Assembly (NCBI GenBank): GCA_028716165.1
Contig: JAQUQI010000002.1
Location: forward strand, 183,829 to 247,828
DNA: 64,000 bases
Direction: 5' to 3'
DNA from: Candidatus Omnitrophota bacterium
Lineage (GTDB): Bacteria > Omnitrophota > Gorgyraeia > JABMRG01
The notes under the pieces are model-generated. The model saw only the letters and a list, made by a program, of their open reading frames with translations. It did no database searches and was not told the origin of the DNA. This document shows positions 29,159 to 38,971 of this stretch, in pieces (position 1 is the first letter of the stretch; every line of letters starts with the position of its first letter). The translations under genes were made by a program, and so were the position numbers.

Positions 29159-29817
29159 TCTGGATTTTCCGGCGCCGGTTTGTTTAAATTTGCCGGCGAT
29201 ATCGCGCCGGCGGAAATGATGACCTTAAGCGCGTCTTCAATACTCATATCAACAGGATGTATTTCTTCCTTTTTTAACAGCACAAAATAACCGCTTGTAG
29301 GGTTCGGCGTGGTAGGCACATATACGGAGATCAGATTGCTTTCCCCGAGGGATTCCTGCATGGCCGGGGCATCCTCCGACGTTATAAAACCTAAAGCGTA
29401 AAGGCCTTTTCTCGGGTATTCTATAAGCACCACCTTTTTTAAAGCGCTTCTTTTTTTGTTAAACAACGCGCCGCTTATCTGCTTTATTGAGCCGTAGATC
29501 TTGTTTACCATAGGAAGCCTTAACAGGATACTTTCAAAAAAAGAAAAGAACTGCCTTAAAAAAAGTATCCTTGTCATAAAACCCGCCATGGCGATCAATA
29601 TCATCGCGGCGGAAAACACAAGGGCCTTTGCCAGAAACAGCCTCTGGTCCTCATAAAGCGGGTAGGGTTTGAGCCATTTTGTAAAGGGATCAAGCATGAC
29701 AGCATTCAGGCTGATGACAAAGAACCTTATGACAAAAACCGTGATAGTGATAGGCAGTATCGCGATTATTCCCGCGATAAAATTATCTCTGAAAAATTTG
29801 AATATTTTTTTAAACAT
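29155..29817 (-). CDS. DUF502 family membrane protein
   Basis: 220 aa. Two N-terminal TM helices. The C-terminal GSIKQISG... region is typical of DUF502. Confidence 0.55.
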   Translation of the reverse strand: MFKKIFKFFRDNFIAGIIAILPITITVFVIRFFVISLNAVMLDPFTKWLKPYPLYEDQRLFLAKALVFSAAMILIAMAGFMTRILFLRQFFSFFESILLRLPMVNKIYGSIKQISGALFNKKRSALKKVVLIEYPRKGLYALGFITSEDAPAMQESLGESNLISVYVPTTPNPTSGYFVLLKKEEIHPVDMSIEDALKVIISAGAISPANLNKPAPENPE

Positions 29818-29851
29818 GCCGCACCCCTTTATCCTCTCCCGGACGGGACAG

Positions 29852-30583
29852 CTAAGCCGTTAATAACCTGAATAAAAAAAGCGTAAGAAAGATGCCCAGC
29901 AGGCCGCCTATCACAACCTCCGGCACCGTGTGATAATTCCTTCGCACCCTGCTCTGCGCGACCATGAAAGCAAGAAGCGATACCATAAAAACAATAAGCG
30001 TATTATCGCATAATAGAGCGGTAATCATCCATACGGAAAACGCCACTGCCGAATGCCCGCTCGGCATGCCGCCTCTTAAGGGCCTGCCCCTGCGCAGGAC
30101 GGCTTTGGAAATTATAACAATTCCGATAAGCGTGATCAAAATAAAAACATATATATGCCAATCCGAGGAACTAAGCTTTGATATCTCGGATCTGAATAAT
30201 CTGTCAAATACGTTATCCTTAAAAAAAAGGAAATATCCGGCTACCATCGCGTTTATTGAGGCGATAAATACGGCCCCGGCGCTTACATCCTTGACCGCCT
30301 TTACCCACCGTGAATGAGAAGATTCCACATGGTCCATAACTATTTCAATTGACGTATTTATCATCTCCGCGACAAGCACCAGCGAACTCGTAAAAACAAG
30401 CGCTATCATTTCAATGCGGGAAAAATTCAGGTATATGCCCAACAGTATCACAAAAAGGGCCGCGAGAAAATGCACCCTCATATTTCTCTGGGTCCTTACC
30501 ACAAACAAAAATCCTTCTATGGCGGCGTTAAAACTGTCCGCTATGCTTCTTCCTGTCTTCGGGGAATTCAACTTGTCCGTCAT
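29852..30583 (-). CDS. dgkA: Fusion protein: prokaryotic diacylglycerol/undecaprenol kinase (DgkA) domain plus PAP2 phosphatase domain
   Basis: N-terminal half: AAIEGFLFVVRTQRNMRVHF...AEMINTSIE (DgkA). C-terminal half: K-x6-RP, PSGH and SR-x5-H PAP2 motifs (KAVLRRGRP, PSGHSAV, SRVRRNYH). Confidence 0.65.
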   Translation of the reverse strand: MTDKLNSPKTGRSIADSFNAAIEGFLFVVRTQRNMRVHFLAALFVILLGIYLNFSRIEMIALVFTSSLVLVAEMINTSIEIVMDHVESSHSRWVKAVKDVSAGAVFIASINAMVAGYFLFFKDNVFDRLFRSEISKLSSSDWHIYVFILITLIGIVIISKAVLRRGRPLRGGMPSGHSAVAFSVWMITALLCDNTLIVFMVSLLAFMVAQSRVRRNYHTVPEVVIGGLLGIFLTLFLFRLLTA

Positions 30584-31017
30584 TTTTTAATCAACCAGTT
30601 CTGTTTTTGCCACATCTTTTTTTTAGGCCCCGGCTTCGTGTCGTCATAGCCTAAAAGATGCAGTATGCCGTGGACGATACACAGAGAAAGCTCGCAGGGA
30701 TAGGGTTGTTTATACCGCGCGGCATTTTCTCTGACACGGACAGGGCATATGAATATATCGCCTAAATAACCGTCATAAAGCGGCCGGCAGGAACCACTAC
30801 GTTGCCGCTTATATGCCAGAGCTATAACGTCTGTCAGGCGGTCTTTTTTAAAAAAATTCCTGTTCAGTTTTTTAATAACCGCCGTATCCACAAAACTCAC
30901 GCTGATAAAACCGTTTTTGTCAACACCGAGCCTTTTAAGCGTGTTTAAGGCAAGTCTCCTTGAGGCCTTTAACGGCACAGGGCACAAGCTCTGGCCGTTA
31001 TGCAGTATGACTTTCAT
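30580..31017 (-). CDS. ybeY: Endoribonuclease YbeY
   Basis: 145 aa. HGILHLLGYDD zinc-binding motif. Confidence 0.85.
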   Translation of the reverse strand: MKVILHNGQSLCPVPLKASRRLALNTLKRLGVDKNGFISVSFVDTAVIKKLNRNFFKKDRLTDVIALAYKRQRSGSCRPLYDGYLGDIFICPVRVRENAARYKQPYPCELSLCIVHGILHLLGYDDTKPGPKKKMWQKQNWLIKK

Positions 31018-33269
31018 GCCTGGCCCGTTTTCATGTCCGGGTATTTAATGCGGGAATGGTATGTTCCCGTCAATATTTTCACAAAACTTTCGGAGATCCT
31101 GCTTATGTCTTTGAGGGACAGGTCGCATTCGTCAAGCTGATGGTCAAGGAACTTGTTATTAATGATTTTCCGGACAAGTTCTTTCAGTTTTTGCGGGGTC
31201 GGATCCTCTACAAGCCTTGACGCCGCCTCAACGGAATCAGCGAGCATAACAATGGCCGATTCGCGCGATTGCGGCCTCGGCCCGGGGTATCTGAAAGACT
31301 CTTCGTTAACTTCCTCGTCTTTTTTCTTTTTTTCCAGCGCCTGATGATAAAAAAAAGTCATAAGCCCTGTGCCGTGATGCTGTTTTATTATGTCTTTTAT
31401 CGCCGAACCGAGCTTGTATTTTTCGGCAAGTTCATCGCCGTCTTTAACGTGATTGGTAATTACAAGAGAGCTCATTGAAGGAGACAGTCCTTCGTGGCTT
31501 TCGGCAGGGACCTGGACGTTTTCGGCAAAATATTCCGCCTTCTCAATTTTTCCTATATCATGGTAATACGCTCCGATACGGCATAGCAGTGAATTGGCGC
31601 CTATCGCCTCGGCCGCGGCTTCGGCAAGATTGCCGACAATGATACTATGATGGTAAGTGCCTGTGGCTGTTGTCACCATTTTTTTGAGCAAGGGATGGTT
31701 AAGGTCGGCAAGTTCAAGCAATTTTATGTTTGTCGTTATCTTAAAAATAAATTCAAAAACAGGCAGAAAAATCATCGTGATCGCGGCCGATACAATGCCG
31801 CTTGCCATGCCCCACAATGCCTGCCTCAAGAACACATTGGCCTCAAAAGTAAACATAACCCCTATCGCTGAAATAACTATAAAATTCATGGCGCCAACCA
31901 GCGCTCCGGACCTAATTATGTGGGTGCGCGAACGCGCGTTATGAACGGTGCAAATAGCCGTAATGCCTCCAATAAGCGAAACAAGAAAAACGTCAAATTG
32001 TATGCCTGCTACGAGCGCCGCGATGGCTGATATCACGATAAGCACTGCTATGGAAACAGTGCCTCCGGCAAGAAGTGTCAGAAGCATCGGGACCGAAGCG
32101 ATAGGCAAAAAGAGGCTCGGCAAAGGAGACGTGGCCATGCCTCTCGCGGAAGCGGCGGTTAGTATGATAAACAATCCTATAAGAACGAGCATCTTCTCCT
32201 GCGCGTAAATACGTTTTTCAAAGATTTTTACAAAGACAAACATGGAAAATAACATAAGCGCGATAATGACCGCGATGCCAAAGAGCTGAAAATAGGCCTC
32301 TTCAGGGGCAATCTTACTGCTTATAGCGTCAAACTGTATGACATGCGTCCTGTTTATCTTCTGGCCTTTGCGGATAATGGCTTCACCTTTGAGGCACTCC
32401 GCTTTCAGATACACAGCCTCTACCGAGGCCCGCGCTTTAAGGCGAGCGGAATCGGTCTCATTTTTATTAAATATCAGGTTGGGATACGCCCAGGCGGATA
32501 TAAGTTTAAAAACAAGGGCCTTTTCTTTTTTATCACTTATGCCGAATTCTGCCGCGCTCTCCTGCGCGCGCTCAAGAGCGCCGGCAATTGTATCTATGTC
32601 GGAAATATTTATGTCGCTTTTCTTTTTTGAAGAAGGCTCATACAGGGAAAGTATTGCCGCACCGGATGATAAAAGCCGGGCCAAGTCATCATCGGAGATG
32701 ATGGGCCTCGTGTAAATATTGTCTATAGCTTTATCAAGCCCGGACTCAATAACCGATATATCATCCATGTTCAGCAAAAAGTCAAAGTCTTCACTGCTTA
32801 GGGCGGGATTTACCGCTTCATTAAGCTGGATAAGCAGGCTCTCCCTAACCTCCCGGCCTGTTTCGTCAGGCACGGGAAAACTTTTTATCTCTTTGATAAC
32901 GCTCAAAAAAAGCTGCATTGCTTTTTTCGCGTTTTGCGCAATATCCGCGTCAAGATTATAAACCTCATTAACAGCGCTTTCAGCCGCCTGCAAAAGCGCC
33001 GATGTCCTGGCTTCGTCAATACCCGCCCTGTACGAAAAATCAAAAGGCGCGTAGATATCCTCCGACGCGATATCTCCTTCGTTAAATAAAAACCGGACTG
33101 GAAGGCGCGAAGAAAATACGACGCCCGCGGCAATCAATATGGTTATAATAGCCGTAAAGGCCCTCGTGGAACCCTGGGCCAGCGCTTTATTCCGTTTGCT
33201 TCGCTCTGAAGCAAACGGCCTGCGCAATTCCTTAAGCCTGAAGAGAGTTTTTTTAATTAGAGGTGTCAT
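31014..33269 (-). CDS. 7TM receptor with intracellular HD hydrolase domain (YqfF/PgpH-like)
   Basis: 751 aa. N-terminal extracellular region, seven-TM block, C-terminal HD domain (HHSIIVGNLA...YYHDIGK). Conserved phoH-HD-ybeY neighbourhood. Confidence 0.7.
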   Translation of the reverse strand: MTPLIKKTLFRLKELRRPFASERSKRNKALAQGSTRAFTAIITILIAAGVVFSSRLPVRFLFNEGDIASEDIYAPFDFSYRAGIDEARTSALLQAAESAVNEVYNLDADIAQNAKKAMQLFLSVIKEIKSFPVPDETGREVRESLLIQLNEAVNPALSSEDFDFLLNMDDISVIESGLDKAIDNIYTRPIISDDDLARLLSSGAAILSLYEPSSKKKSDINISDIDTIAGALERAQESAAEFGISDKKEKALVFKLISAWAYPNLIFNKNETDSARLKARASVEAVYLKAECLKGEAIIRKGQKINRTHVIQFDAISSKIAPEEAYFQLFGIAVIIALMLFSMFVFVKIFEKRIYAQEKMLVLIGLFIILTAASARGMATSPLPSLFLPIASVPMLLTLLAGGTVSIAVLIVISAIAALVAGIQFDVFLVSLIGGITAICTVHNARSRTHIIRSGALVGAMNFIVISAIGVMFTFEANVFLRQALWGMASGIVSAAITMIFLPVFEFIFKITTNIKLLELADLNHPLLKKMVTTATGTYHHSIIVGNLAEAAAEAIGANSLLCRIGAYYHDIGKIEKAEYFAENVQVPAESHEGLSPSMSSLVITNHVKDGDELAEKYKLGSAIKDIIKQHHGTGLMTFFYHQALEKKKKDEEVNEESFRYPGPRPQSRESAIVMLADSVEAASRLVEDPTPQKLKELVRKIINNKFLDHQLDECDLSLKDISRISESFVKILTGTYHSRIKYPDMKTGQA

Positions 33270-34261
33270 GTGTGTTCCTGCTCGGGTATGGACGAACGCC
33301 CAAGCTTACGGGGCAAAGATCTGGCCTGCTCATAAGCGCTGATTATCTTCTGGACCAGTTCATGCCTTACCACGTCACGGCCGGATAGAGAGATTATCTT
33401 GATATCGTCAATACCCCGCAATATCTTCATTACCTGCAGAAGGCCCTTAGCCCCCTGCCCCGGCAGATCGCTCTGTGTTAAATCGCCGGTTATAACGACC
33501 TTGGAGTCAAAGCCGAGACGCGTCAGGAACATCTTAAGCTGTTCCGGAGTGGCATTCTGCGCTTCATCCATAATAATAAAAGAATCGTTAAGTGTCCTGC
33601 CCCTCATAAATGCCAGCGGCGCTACTTCAATGATCCCGCTTTCAATAAACTTGCGCGCGCGGTCGGCATCCATCATTTCATATAAAGCGTCATATAAAGG
33701 CCTAAGATACGGCAGGACCTTATCATATAAACTGCCCGGTAAAAATCCAAGGCTTTCACCCGCTTCAACGGCAGGCCTTGTCAATATTATCCTGCTTACG
33801 CGGTTTTTCATAAGATAGGATACAGCCATCGCCATGGCAAGATACGTCTTGCCTGTGCCGGCGGGCCCTGAAGCTATGGTTATATCGTGCGAGGCAATGG
33901 CCTCAATATATTCTTTCTGGCCTTCGGTTTTTGGCGCTATAAACGCTTTTTTTGACGGCACATCCACGCGCAGGCCCGGGCCCTGAAAAAACGACAGGGC
34001 GCTGTCATGCGTAATGGATTTTATAAAATAATGGACCTGCTGGTTTTTAAAGCTTTTACCCTCGCGCAGAAGAAGCAGGAGCTTGGAAAATATATCAAAA
34101 GCCTTGCCGACACACGGCTCATCCCCGTCAACGGAAAGGTTCTCTCCCCGGGCCACTATCCTGACGCCGCAGGCCTGCTCAATCAGCTTGAGGTTTTCAT
34201 CATGGCTTCCAAATAAAAGCCTCGCCTCTTCGTCATTATTTAATTTAAGGCACCTTGTCAT
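33266..34261 (-). CDS. phoH: PhoH family ATPase
   Basis: 331 aa. Walker A GPAGTGKT. PhoH-like conservation throughout. Confidence 0.85.
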   Translation of the reverse strand: MTRCLKLNNDEEARLLFGSHDENLKLIEQACGVRIVARGENLSVDGDEPCVGKAFDIFSKLLLLLREGKSFKNQQVHYFIKSITHDSALSFFQGPGLRVDVPSKKAFIAPKTEGQKEYIEAIASHDITIASGPAGTGKTYLAMAMAVSYLMKNRVSRIILTRPAVEAGESLGFLPGSLYDKVLPYLRPLYDALYEMMDADRARKFIESGIIEVAPLAFMRGRTLNDSFIIMDEAQNATPEQLKMFLTRLGFDSKVVITGDLTQSDLPGQGAKGLLQVMKILRGIDDIKIISLSGRDVVRHELVQKIISAYEQARSLPRKLGRSSIPEQEHT

Positions 34262-34270
34262 AAAAATAAC

Positions 34271-34945
34271 CTATTTGGTATAATTCGTTTTATCGCTGTC
34301 TAAAGAAGGTATCTTAAGTTTCATGCCTTCCCTGACCTTGGCAGGGTCTTTTATCGTATCCGCGTTTGCTTCGTATATCAGCGTCCACTTGGCGGCCTTT
34401 CCGTAAAATGCCTTTGCTATATGCGAAAGGGTATCGCCCTGTTTTACAATATACTCCTGATAATCCTCTATAGAGGGCTTGCTTTCATAAGATGTGCCGG
34501 CAGGCTCGGTATATACGTCAATCTCATATTCATCATATTCATACGCGGCAGGCGCCGTAGTATTTCTTGTGGAGACATAACCCCTGTTCCCTGATAATTG
34601 AGTGTCGGCCCTGGCTGACCGCGGCGCATATTCCTCCTGCGCCGGGGTTGAGACATACTCATCCTGCGCGGTATTCTGGTTTATTTTTACATCCTGCTCC
34701 CCGGAATACTTGACGGCAGGGGCAGTAACTTCCTGCCATGTGGGAAACTCAACCCTTATATCAATGTATTCTCTGTCAACCGGCTTACCGCTGTTGACAG
34801 CGGCATCCCCTTCTCCGGCTATATAGCCTCTATTGCCGCTAACATCCTGGTCCACCCTTTCTCTTACGACTTTTTTTACGGTCACGCATCCGCCAACGGA
34901 TAAAGCGAATATAGATATCAATAAAACCGCCAAAAACTTATTCAT
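34271..34945 (-). CDS. LysM domain protein (N-terminal signal/lipobox, C-terminal LysM)
   Basis: 224 aa. C-terminal YIVKQGDTLSHIAKAFYG...KLKIP LysM motif. Confidence 0.6.
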   Translation of the reverse strand: MNKFLAVLLISIFALSVGGCVTVKKVVRERVDQDVSGNRGYIAGEGDAAVNSGKPVDREYIDIRVEFPTWQEVTAPAVKYSGEQDVKINQNTAQDEYVSTPAQEEYAPRSARADTQLSGNRGYVSTRNTTAPAAYEYDEYEIDVYTEPAGTSYESKPSIEDYQEYIVKQGDTLSHIAKAFYGKAAKWTLIYEANADTIKDPAKVREGMKLKIPSLDSDKTNYTK

Positions 34946-34961
34946 CCCGCACCCCCCTTAA

Positions 34962-36725
34962 TTATAATTGTTCTTTAACTTTTAAACCCAATTCATCAAG
35001 CTGTCTTTTTGAGATACCGGCAGGCGCCGAAGTCATCGGGCATATCGCCTTCTGCGTCTTAGGGAATGCTATCACATCCCTGATTGAATCCCTTTGGCAT
35101 AAGATAGCCGTAAGCCTGTCAACGCCTATGGCAAAACCGCCGTGGGGCGGGGCCCCAAAACTCAATGCCTTAGTCAAAAACCCAAACCTGTCTTCCGCTT
35201 CCCGCTCATCAATGCCTATGACCGAAAATATCATCTTCTGGGTTTTGGGCGAATGTATTCTGATACTGCCGCTTCCAAGTTCAACACCATTAAGCACGAG
35301 GTCGTATGAACGAGAGCGCACGCGGGCGGGCTCCGATAGTATATATCCCATGTCATCGTTATTGGGCGCCGTAAAGGGATGATGCTCCGATTCCCAGCGT
35401 TTTTCCTCGTCATTATATTTAAACAGCGGAAACTCGTTTACCCAGAGCAATTTAAAGGTATTGGCATTGATCAGGCCTTCTTCCCTGCCCAATTTATTAC
35501 GCAGGCATGAAAGGGCATTATTACATACCGGCCGTTCGGCGGCGGCAAAAAAAACATAGTCTCCTGATGAAGCCGCCGTTTTTTCCTTTATCGCGGATTG
35601 CTCTTTAGCAGATAGAAACTTTACTATAGGGCCCTGGAAATTGTCTCCGTCGCGTTTAAGATAGGCAAGGCCTTTAAGCCCGGATTCTTTGGCAAAATCG
35701 GTCAATTCGTCTATTCTGCTTCTCGGCATTTCTCCGGGCCGGGAAAGCTTAAGCGCCTTGACAATGCCGCCGTTATTAATGGTCTCGGAAAATACTTTAA
35801 ACGATGAATGACGAAAATCATCCGTCAAATCCGTCAATTCCATGCCAAAACGCGTATCAGGCTTATCACAGCCATAAAGCGCCATGGCATCCTTATAGTT
35901 GAGCACCTGAAATGGCGTTTCGAGCTCAATATTGAGAACTTCTTTAAAAATATTCTTCATAAGAGCTTCAATGTGCGAAAATATATCTTTCTCTTCAACA
36001 AATGATGCCTCCATGTCAAGCTGTGTGAATTCAGGCTGACGGTCGGCGCGCAGGTCTTCGTCCCTGAAGCACTTGGCTATCTGGTAATATTTATCAAGGC
36101 CGGCGACCATGAGTATCTGCTTGAATAACTGCGGCGACTGGGGCAGGGCGTAAAACTTTCCGTTATTTACCCTGCTGGGAACAAGGTAATCACGGGCGCC
36201 TTCCGGGGTTGATTTTGTCAGCACGGGCGTTTCTACCTCAATAAAACCCCGGCCGTTAAGGTAATCGCGCATTATCCTGCACACATTACTGCGGACAATG
36301 AGGTTTTTCTGCATAGACGGCCGCCTCAAATCCAGATAACGGTGCGCGTATCTTATGTCTTCGGAAAATTCCGTCGTATCGTCAATGGGAAAAACAGGCG
36401 TCCTGGACTCATTCAATACCTCCAGAGACGACACGCGGACTTCTATACGGCCTGTGGGCAATTTGGCATTTATTGTGCCTTCGGGCCTGGGACAAACGAA
36501 ACCTTTTGCCTGTATCACGAATTCATCCCTTAACTGCTCCGCCTTAAGATGAAGCGCTTTGTCAAGTTCCGGATTAAAAACAAGCTGTGTGATACCGTAG
36601 CGGTCCCTGACATCAATAAATATAAGATTTCCATGGTCGCGCCTTGCCGATACCCATCCGGCCAGAGTGACCTCTCTGTCTATGTCTTTTTCAGACAGCT
36701 CCGCGCATGTGCATGTCCTAAGCAT
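34962..36725 (-). CDS. aspS: Aspartate--tRNA ligase
   Basis: 587 aa. Class II aaRS motifs. N-terminal OB-fold GWV..RRDHGNLIFIDVRDR. Confidence 0.9.
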   Translation of the reverse strand: MLRTCTCAELSEKDIDREVTLAGWVSARRDHGNLIFIDVRDRYGITQLVFNPELDKALHLKAEQLRDEFVIQAKGFVCPRPEGTINAKLPTGRIEVRVSSLEVLNESRTPVFPIDDTTEFSEDIRYAHRYLDLRRPSMQKNLIVRSNVCRIMRDYLNGRGFIEVETPVLTKSTPEGARDYLVPSRVNNGKFYALPQSPQLFKQILMVAGLDKYYQIAKCFRDEDLRADRQPEFTQLDMEASFVEEKDIFSHIEALMKNIFKEVLNIELETPFQVLNYKDAMALYGCDKPDTRFGMELTDLTDDFRHSSFKVFSETINNGGIVKALKLSRPGEMPRSRIDELTDFAKESGLKGLAYLKRDGDNFQGPIVKFLSAKEQSAIKEKTAASSGDYVFFAAAERPVCNNALSCLRNKLGREEGLINANTFKLLWVNEFPLFKYNDEEKRWESEHHPFTAPNNDDMGYILSEPARVRSRSYDLVLNGVELGSGSIRIHSPKTQKMIFSVIGIDEREAEDRFGFLTKALSFGAPPHGGFAIGVDRLTAILCQRDSIRDVIAFPKTQKAICPMTSAPAGISKRQLDELGLKVKEQL

Positions 36726-36748
36726 TTTATTTTATCCTTATTTCATAT

Positions 36749-38017
36749 TTATTTTACGGCATTAAGATTGCTTGCAAGCCGGTCAAACCGCAGATGCCTC
36801 TGCGAAGAATCCTTCATGTCTTTTAAAACACATTCGCCTTTCTCAAGCTCCTCGTCTCCGACGATGACGACAAATTCCGATTTAATTTTATTCGCATGGC
36901 GCATCTGGGCCTTGAATGACCTTGATTCATAATCCATGTCGCAGGAAATATTTTCTTTTCTAAGATCAGAGAGTATGCCAAAGCACATATTCCGCGCCTT
37001 ATCGCCAAGGCAGACGATAAATACCTTTAAGCCTTCGGGCTGGCAGTATCTGGATGGATTTTCGTCTTTTATAATTTGCGCGATTCGTTCCATGCCCAGG
37101 GCAAATCCCGTAGCGCCGGCGCGTGGCCCGCCAAAATCAGATATAAGGTTGTCATAGCGCCCGCCGGCGGCCAAGGCGTCCTGCGCGCCGAGAGATTTTG
37201 ACTTTACCTCAAACACTATGCCCGTATAATAATCAAGGCCACGGACGAGTTTATCGTCAACGGTATAACCTATTCCTGCTTTTTTAAGAATTCCCTCAAG
37301 GCTTGAAAACGCTTTAGCGCACTCATCGCAAAGAGCCCCGTTAAGCTCTATTCCGGAAATAATTTTTTTACACGAGGAAACCTTGCAATCCAATATCCTC
37401 AACGTATTCGTATCATACCTGCGCCGGCAATCAGGGCAGAGCTCATCCAGAGCAGGCTTAAGGGCCTGCCTTATTTTTTCTTTTATAACTGATTTATCCT
37501 TATCACAGCCAAGCGAATTGATATGGAACACACAGCCTGCGACGCCTGACCTTTTCAGTATATCGTTAAGAAGCATTATCACTTCGGCATCAAGATATAC
37601 GGAATATGAGCCTATGGCCTCAACCCCTATCTGATGGAATTGCCTGAACCTGCCTGCCTGCGGCCTTTCGCTTCTGAACATAGGGCCCGAATAAAAAAAC
37701 TTGACGAAACCCTCGGTCTTATCCAGGCAGTTTTCAATATACGCGCGGCATACGGAGGCCGTGGCCTCGGGCCTTAGGCATATCTCTCTTTTGCCCTGAT
37801 CGGAGAAAGAGTATATCTGCTTTTTAACTATATCGCTTTCTTCCCCTGAACTGCGCGCGAACAGGCATGTCTGTTCAATAATAGGCGTGCGGATAGGCCT
37901 GTAACCATACACAAGCGCGGTATCACGGGCAGTGTCTTCAATCTCCTGCCAAAGGCATGCTTCCTGGGACATTATATCCTGCGTGCCCTTGAGCCGGTTT
38001 ATCTTATTTGCGGACAT
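36749..38017 (-). CDS. hisS: Histidine--tRNA ligase
   Basis: 422 aa. GTQDI...YRPIRTPIIE and class II motifs. Confidence 0.9.
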   Translation of the reverse strand: MSANKINRLKGTQDIMSQEACLWQEIEDTARDTALVYGYRPIRTPIIEQTCLFARSSGEESDIVKKQIYSFSDQGKREICLRPEATASVCRAYIENCLDKTEGFVKFFYSGPMFRSERPQAGRFRQFHQIGVEAIGSYSVYLDAEVIMLLNDILKRSGVAGCVFHINSLGCDKDKSVIKEKIRQALKPALDELCPDCRRRYDTNTLRILDCKVSSCKKIISGIELNGALCDECAKAFSSLEGILKKAGIGYTVDDKLVRGLDYYTGIVFEVKSKSLGAQDALAAGGRYDNLISDFGGPRAGATGFALGMERIAQIIKDENPSRYCQPEGLKVFIVCLGDKARNMCFGILSDLRKENISCDMDYESRSFKAQMRHANKIKSEFVVIVGDEELEKGECVLKDMKDSSQRHLRFDRLASNLNAVK

Positions 38018-38025
38018 AGGCTGTA

Positions 38026-38298
38026 TTATTTAACTTTCTGCTTCATGACAAGGCCGGGCTTGAAAGAAACGACCTTTTTGCCAGGTACATTTACCGCCTC
38101 GCCTGTGCGCGGGTTCCTTCCCATGCGGCCCTTACGCTCTTTGACTTTAAACACGCCAAAATTCCTAAGCTCAAGAGTCTTTCCATTGGACAAGGCCTCT
38201 ATCATCGCGTCTATGGTCTTTTGCACGATCTCTTTTACAATTATCTGTTTTATTCCGGTTTCATCCGAAATCTTTATTACAATATCTTTTTTTGTCAT
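38026..38298 (-). CDS. hup: HU family DNA-binding protein
   Basis: 90 aa. GFGKF..R..R.GRNPRTGE arm motif. Confidence 0.85.
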   Translation of the reverse strand: MTKKDIVIKISDETGIKQIIVKEIVQKTIDAMIEALSNGKTLELRNFGVFKVKERKGRMGRNPRTGEAVNVPGKKVVSFKPGLVMKQKVK

Positions 38299-38387
38299 AT
38301 GCCCTCCGGTCTTTGCAAACCCGATACTACGCGTATTTGTCAGTGTGTTTATAAGGGGAACCGGTTTTTAGAAGACAGCGTCCTTGG

Positions 38388-38873
38388 CTATTGAGCGTTT
38401 TTAATAACATGCCAGAAAAAGATCACAGCCATAAAAAAGGCGAAAATTACCACCCCGTAAAGGGCTAATTTCGCCGCCGGTATAAATGAGGTAAGCTTAA
38501 GGCCGCCGCCCTGGGGGCCTGAAGACAGCTGGGCTTCAAGATGGCCCAACAGCCTGTTTAGCGAAATGTATGACTGGTGCCAGTCGGTATCCATTTTCCT
38601 TATCGCTTCTTCGGATATGGTTGAAATAGATTTGAGAGAAAGGACATTATTTATAACGTCATAGGTGCGGTCTATTGTGGCCCTTTCAATGGCAAGCGAA
38701 TCAACGAGGGTTTGGAATTTACGGGCGACTATTGACTTGGTCTCCAGAAAAAGCAGTTCCTCTTCTTCGCTGATGGCAGATTTGCCCATGGCTTCTTTAT
38801 ATATCTGGTTAAATTTTTTCCAGAGCTCAATAAACTCTTTTGTCCGCGCTATGCCTTCTTTGGAACTTAACAT
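38388..38873 (-). CDS. Hypothetical protein with C-terminal transmembrane anchor
   Basis: 161 aa. C-terminal LALYGVVIFAFFMAVIFFW. No recognisable family. Confidence 0.4.
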   Translation of the reverse strand: MLSSKEGIARTKEFIELWKKFNQIYKEAMGKSAISEEEELLFLETKSIVARKFQTLVDSLAIERATIDRTYDVINNVLSLKSISTISEEAIRKMDTDWHQSYISLNRLLGHLEAQLSSGPQGGGLKLTSFIPAAKLALYGVVIFAFFMAVIFFWHVIKNAQ

Positions 38874-38971
38874 AAAAACCCTTTCATCTTTACATAACTT
38901 GTTTGTTTAATCTAACATATAATAACTGACATGTCAATATTATTCATTAACCATAAACATAAAAAGCCGGC

